Shown: positions 59,784-64,000 of the stretch, one piece after another
How the letters are laid out: each line of letters opens with the position of its first letter
Numbering within the stretch: the first letter of the stretch is position 1
NCBI GenBank assembly: GCA_001600815.1
Contig: BCKZ01000001.1
Location: forward strand, 1,211,389 to 1,275,388
Reading direction: 5' to 3'
Origin: Alloascoidea hylecoeti
Lineage: Eukaryota
DNA: 64,000 bases
Notes under the pieces: model-generated
Databases searched by the model: none
Told to the model about the DNA's origin: nothing
The model's input: only the letters and a program-made list of their open reading frames with translations
Made by a program: the position numbers and the translations under genes

Positions 59784-60999
59784 TACTTCAAAGAAATAGC
59801 AAAAATCCATATATTCGTTAATGAATATTACTATATAAAGACAAGCCGTGACGAGAAATCAGCCGTACTTTCTTGTATAATTAAAATACAAGGGGCTCCA
59901 CACGTAAAATTTAAATTTATGTGTTTGCAGCTGCAGGGAATTGTATGGGAGATCATGCATATATCACCCAATTATACCAATTATTTGCCAATAATAACTG
60001 AAAGAATTCAAAATAATTTATAACAAGTGTCATGAGTATTTTGTCCCATGAAAATGGAAATAAAAACTTCTAATTTAATATGAAAACAGCGATAAACGCG
60101 ACCATCGATATGTTTTACGTTTGTTTACCCTAGCCGCACAGACCCAAAATTGCGCCGCCCTCCGAGATCGCCACTCCAATAAAAATGACAATACATGTAT
60201 ATAATATATAACCAGCTACTGGTACTCTAGATCTACAAGGCCTTGGACAGTTCTTAAAATATAGTTCTCGACCTCAGAAAATGCCTTCCATTCCATACTG
60301 ATGTTTTTTTTCAGAATGGTTCTTGCCCAAAAAAGAGCGCAACCTAAGACTTGCCCCGACTGTAATTATATAATTGAGCTTAAGACATTAATTTTTTTAT
60401 TACTAATACAGTAATTTTGAACTTGATTGGAACTCGTGATCGGGTTATTTGAGAGCCATGAGTTAATTGCAAACATTTAGCTAATATGGGCCTACCTGTA
60501 AACGCCCTCGAGCTCTGTGGGTATTCTTCTAAATGGAATAGCAGCATGTCAGTTGATTTTTTTTTTTTTCCTAGCCACGAGTCATAATTCTCAGACCAAG
60601 TAGACAAACACAAATATTTTAATTCAATAGAAGTAATATACCAATAATACCTTGTTTAAATGAAGATTAAAGCTTAAGTTGGGCTCATAACCATAAATGG
60701 TGGCAAGTATATTTTGGATGATTAGCTATACAAGTACAGGTTTACATAGTAGATTTTACTAGATCATGTAAATGTCTTTTATATATATATAACATGCGCA
60801 ACGTTAAACTATTGGGATTGGTTATCATTGGTACATGTATTTGTATCTAAAGTTTATACTGGTATCTAAATATCGATATCAATTATTATTATGAGTTATT
60901 TTATGAATTTAACAGTCTAAAAATATGTTTAAATAGTTCTTGCAATTGTCAAATAAACTGAAATTTGTTTATTTCTATAGATTTTCATTTCAAATAAAA

Positions 61000-62085
61000 T
61001 TACAATCGATCAATTGAAATTGGAGAAAATGACGAATTTCCAGGATTTCTTAAATTATCCATAACAGAAGGATGTATTATCCGTATATCATTTATTTTCA
61101 TAATATTTGGAATTTCTTTATTATTATTGAAATATTCTTGCTTTTCTGATTCATAAGTTATTTCCAAGACATTATGTGTTATTGTTAATGCTTCACCTAC
61201 TGCTTTAACTAGTGGTAAACTTAAATCAAGCAAGGATTTTCCATTGATATTTGTGTTGTATAATGATTCATCATTAATATGTAGATGAGTATAAAACCGA
61301 TCAGTAAGAATAGCCGAGAAAAAATCACCACTACCTGAAAAAGTAGCATCAATAGCAGGTAGAGCATATAAAAAGATTCTTGGGTTTAATGATTCATCAC
61401 ATTGCGAAGCAATAGTAATTAATTTATTTTTTATAGATCGATTATTCAAACCTCCATTACAATAGTCATTCCCATTCTCATTCTCATTTGATAAACCACT
61501 TAATATAAAATTTGAATCTGAATTTAATGAAGTTATAACAACATTTTTTATTTCAAATTTTTTATGAAATATTTCAATTACTTTTTTTAAAGATTCAGTC
61601 GACATTATTTTAATACCTGTTAAAATTTCAGCTTCAAATTGATTTGGAGTTATAATAGAAACTTTTTTAGTTTCCATTAATTTATGATAAATTGGTATTG
61701 TTTCTTTAGAAACATAAAGTTTACCATTATCACCAAGAACAGGATCTAAAACCCATGTTACATTTTTATTTCTTACTGATATATCATTACAAATTTCACC
61801 AATTGATTCTAACATTTCAGCACTTGGGGTATATCCAGTTAAAACAGCATCATATCCTGTATTTATTTCAATTAATCCTTTATAAATCTCATTTAAATCA
61901 TTTTTTAGTAATTTAGTACCTTTAAATTTACCATAGGCTGGATGATTTGAAAATTGAACAGTGTTTAAAGCATCAACATCCCACCCGAGAAACTGAAGAG
62001 GAAATGTCGCTGCTCTGTTACCTACATAACCATGAACAACATGACTTTGTATTGACAATATCCTCTTTTTTAAACCTCCAGTCAT
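61000..62085 (-). CDS. BUD17: Pyridoxal kinase family protein, Bud17-like
   Basis: ILSIQSHVVHGYVGNRAATFPLQ, NTVQFSNHPAY, DPVLGDNGKLYV, TPNQFE, FSGSGD. First ATG at 62085. Confidence 0.85.
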   Translation of the reverse strand: MTGGLKKRILSIQSHVVHGYVGNRAATFPLQFLGWDVDALNTVQFSNHPAYGKFKGTKLLKNDLNEIYKGLIEINTGYDAVLTGYTPSAEMLESIGEICNDISVRNKNVTWVLDPVLGDNGKLYVSKETIPIYHKLMETKKVSIITPNQFEAEILTGIKIMSTESLKKVIEIFHKKFEIKNVVITSLNSDSNFILSGLSNENENGNDYCNGGLNNRSIKNKLITIASQCDESLNPRIFLYALPAIDATFSGSGDFFSAILTDRFYTHLHINDESLYNTNINGKSLLDLSLPLVKAVGEALTITHNVLEITYESEKQEYFNNNKEIPNIMKINDIRIIHPSVMDNLRNPGNSSFSPISIDRL

Positions 62086-62149
62086 ATCAATATTAAATAT
62101 CAAATAAATAATACTTAAGCTTGATCATGATTTGTAGAGATAAGACTGG

Positions 62150-62157
62150 CCGGGTAA
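62150..62157 (+). promoter_or_regulatory. Reb1-type site in the divergent BUD17/SEC12-like promoter
   Basis: CCGGGTAA within a 179-bp intergenic region. Confidence 0.55.
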
Positions 62158-62264
62158 TTTTTGAGATTTAGCATACCAATTGCAACGTGCACAAAATGGC
62201 AAACAAATAAAAGTTCATATAAAAGTTCATTTTTTCTTTTGCCGTTGTATTTATCGTTATCATT

Positions 62265-64000
62265 ATGGCCACGACCGAAACCTCTTTATATAAAATTGGG
62301 TATCCTGTATACACAATTAAATTTATGTCTGATGATAAATTGGTTGTTGCAGGTGGAGGAGGATATCTCCAAGAACTTCCAAATAGGCTTGTAAGTGTCT
62401 GAAATAATGTTTTATCAAATAAATTAACTTTTTTTCTCTAATATTTTTCTATATTTAGTCCGTTTTAAGAACTGATTTCAAGGAAGCTAGACATGTTCAG
62501 ACAGTTATGAATCTTGATTTTGATAAAGGCGATGATGCACCAATGAGTCTTGATGTTACAAAAGAAGTATGAAATTATATATTTCTGTAAGATATTATTG
62601 ATTATTAACTAGTTTCTATAGGGTCTTATTTATCTTGGTGTTAATAGATCAATTGAAGCAATAAAAGAAGGTTCGAATGATCATACAAGAAAATTTAAAT
62701 ACATCGGAAATAATATAACACCCGTAATTACTTCAAATGAATTTGAATCAAAAAATCCTAAAATTTATCAAAAATTTACAGTATTAAATCCTGATGGTAC
62801 ATCATTAGTTATTGCAACAAATGAATCACCAAATTTAATATTTATTTTAGATTCAGTTACATTAAAGAAAATATTAAAAATGGAAATTAATGAAAATGAT
62901 GAACTTGAAGATATTAAATTTTCAAAAGATGGTAAAATTCTTGCAATTTCAACAAATAATTCAATTCAATTATTATCAATTGATTCAGGTGATGAAATTT
63001 CATTGTCTATTGAATTTGCAAAATTAAGATCATCATATTTTTTTACAAAAATATCATTTATTGATAATGATACAATTTTAATTGGTGCAACGATTAAAAG
63101 AAATAAATCATCATCAAATAAAAACAATCAAAATAAAAATAATAATGAAAAAGGTATAAGTTTAATAGTTTATTCAATTTCTACTAAAAAAGTTATAAAA
63201 ATTAAACAAATATCAAAAACAATTTTAAAAATTACAAATCTTGATATATCAAGAAATTCAAAATTAATTGCATTAACAGGATCAGATTTTTCAATATCTA
63301 TTATATCAACAACAACATTATTAATATTAGAATATTTTAAAGGTATACATGATTCATCACCAATAACGAGTATTAATTTTAATCCTTCTGGTACTTTATT
63401 AGCAAGTTCTTCAATATCTGAAAAAGTTCATATTATTAAAATTCCAAAAGGTCAATATGAAAAAAATAATTTAAAGATAGTCTTTGGATTTTTCTCTATC
63501 ATTTTAATTTTAACAGTATCAGTTGTTTTAGGTATTGGATTAAAACAAGAATTTATAACAGTTGATGGAGATTTTGATATGGATAAAGCAATTGTTGTAT
63601 CTCATGAGATTTGGGATCAAGTTTATTCATATGGTTTTGAGTTAAGCTCTTTTATTAAAGAAACAATTAATAATATACAACAGAAAACTGATCTTGATAC
63701 TGATCTTGATACCGTGGTAGATTCATATAATACTGCTATGAGTAGTTCCATTGAAGCTACTCAGACCACCACTACTGTTCTTGGTCTCGAGGATCGAGAT
63801 TTAACTTCGGAAGTCATGGAATCGACGGTTATATCTGTAGAATCAATTGAACCTTTATATGATATTGATGATGCTCATACTGTTATTGAAGAAAGATCTA
63901 TAACCTCTGAAACAATAGAAGCAGAGTCAATTATTATTACAACTGTTGAAACCACGAAAGAAACTGGATTACCCACTCAATTAATTACATCTGTAATATC
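62265..64000 (+). CDS. Sec12/Sed4-like WD40 ER membrane protein (introns 62391..62458, 62567..62621); runs off the window
   Basis: Spliced N-terminus IGYPVY...LVVAGGGG...PNRL, DDAPMSL, GVNRS...GSNDHTRKF; WD-like repeats; one TM segment near 63475-63540; S/T/E-rich tail. Mostly missed by the ORF track. Confidence 0.8.

Overview
Eukaryotic DNA from an AT-rich, intron-containing ascomycete yeast. The short GT-AG introns with CTAAC/TTAAC branch points and the gene set suggest an early-diverging Saccharomycotina lineage (inference). CTG codons fall at conserved Leu positions in PRP8, so the code looks standard. The first ~20.5 kb is accessory-like: a decayed pogo/Fot1 transposase, a GH28 endopolygalacturonase, two tandem SDR paralogs, an IRS4/TAX4-like gene, and a 1290-bp near-identical inverted duplication of an MDR enoyl-reductase gene. 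Between the two copies lie an orphan ORF and a Ty1/copia gag-only element bracketed by a perfect 32-bp inverted repeat that contains a tRNA-iMet-type primer-binding site. The rest is mostly housekeeping: TDA10-like, ETF-beta, GPI2, FUM1, CBS-PB1, UBC13, CCH1, EFG1, tRNA-Val(AAC) with an upstream LINE relic, THOC5-like, CDC23, PRP8, a PDR ABC transporter, BUD17 and SEC12-like. The strongest observations are an apparently obligatory single-nucleotide exon in fumarase and the convergent-LTR, PBS-hairpin, gag-only cassette, which may be a retrotransposon-restriction locus (hypothesis). All calls come from reading the sequence by eye; no searches were run.
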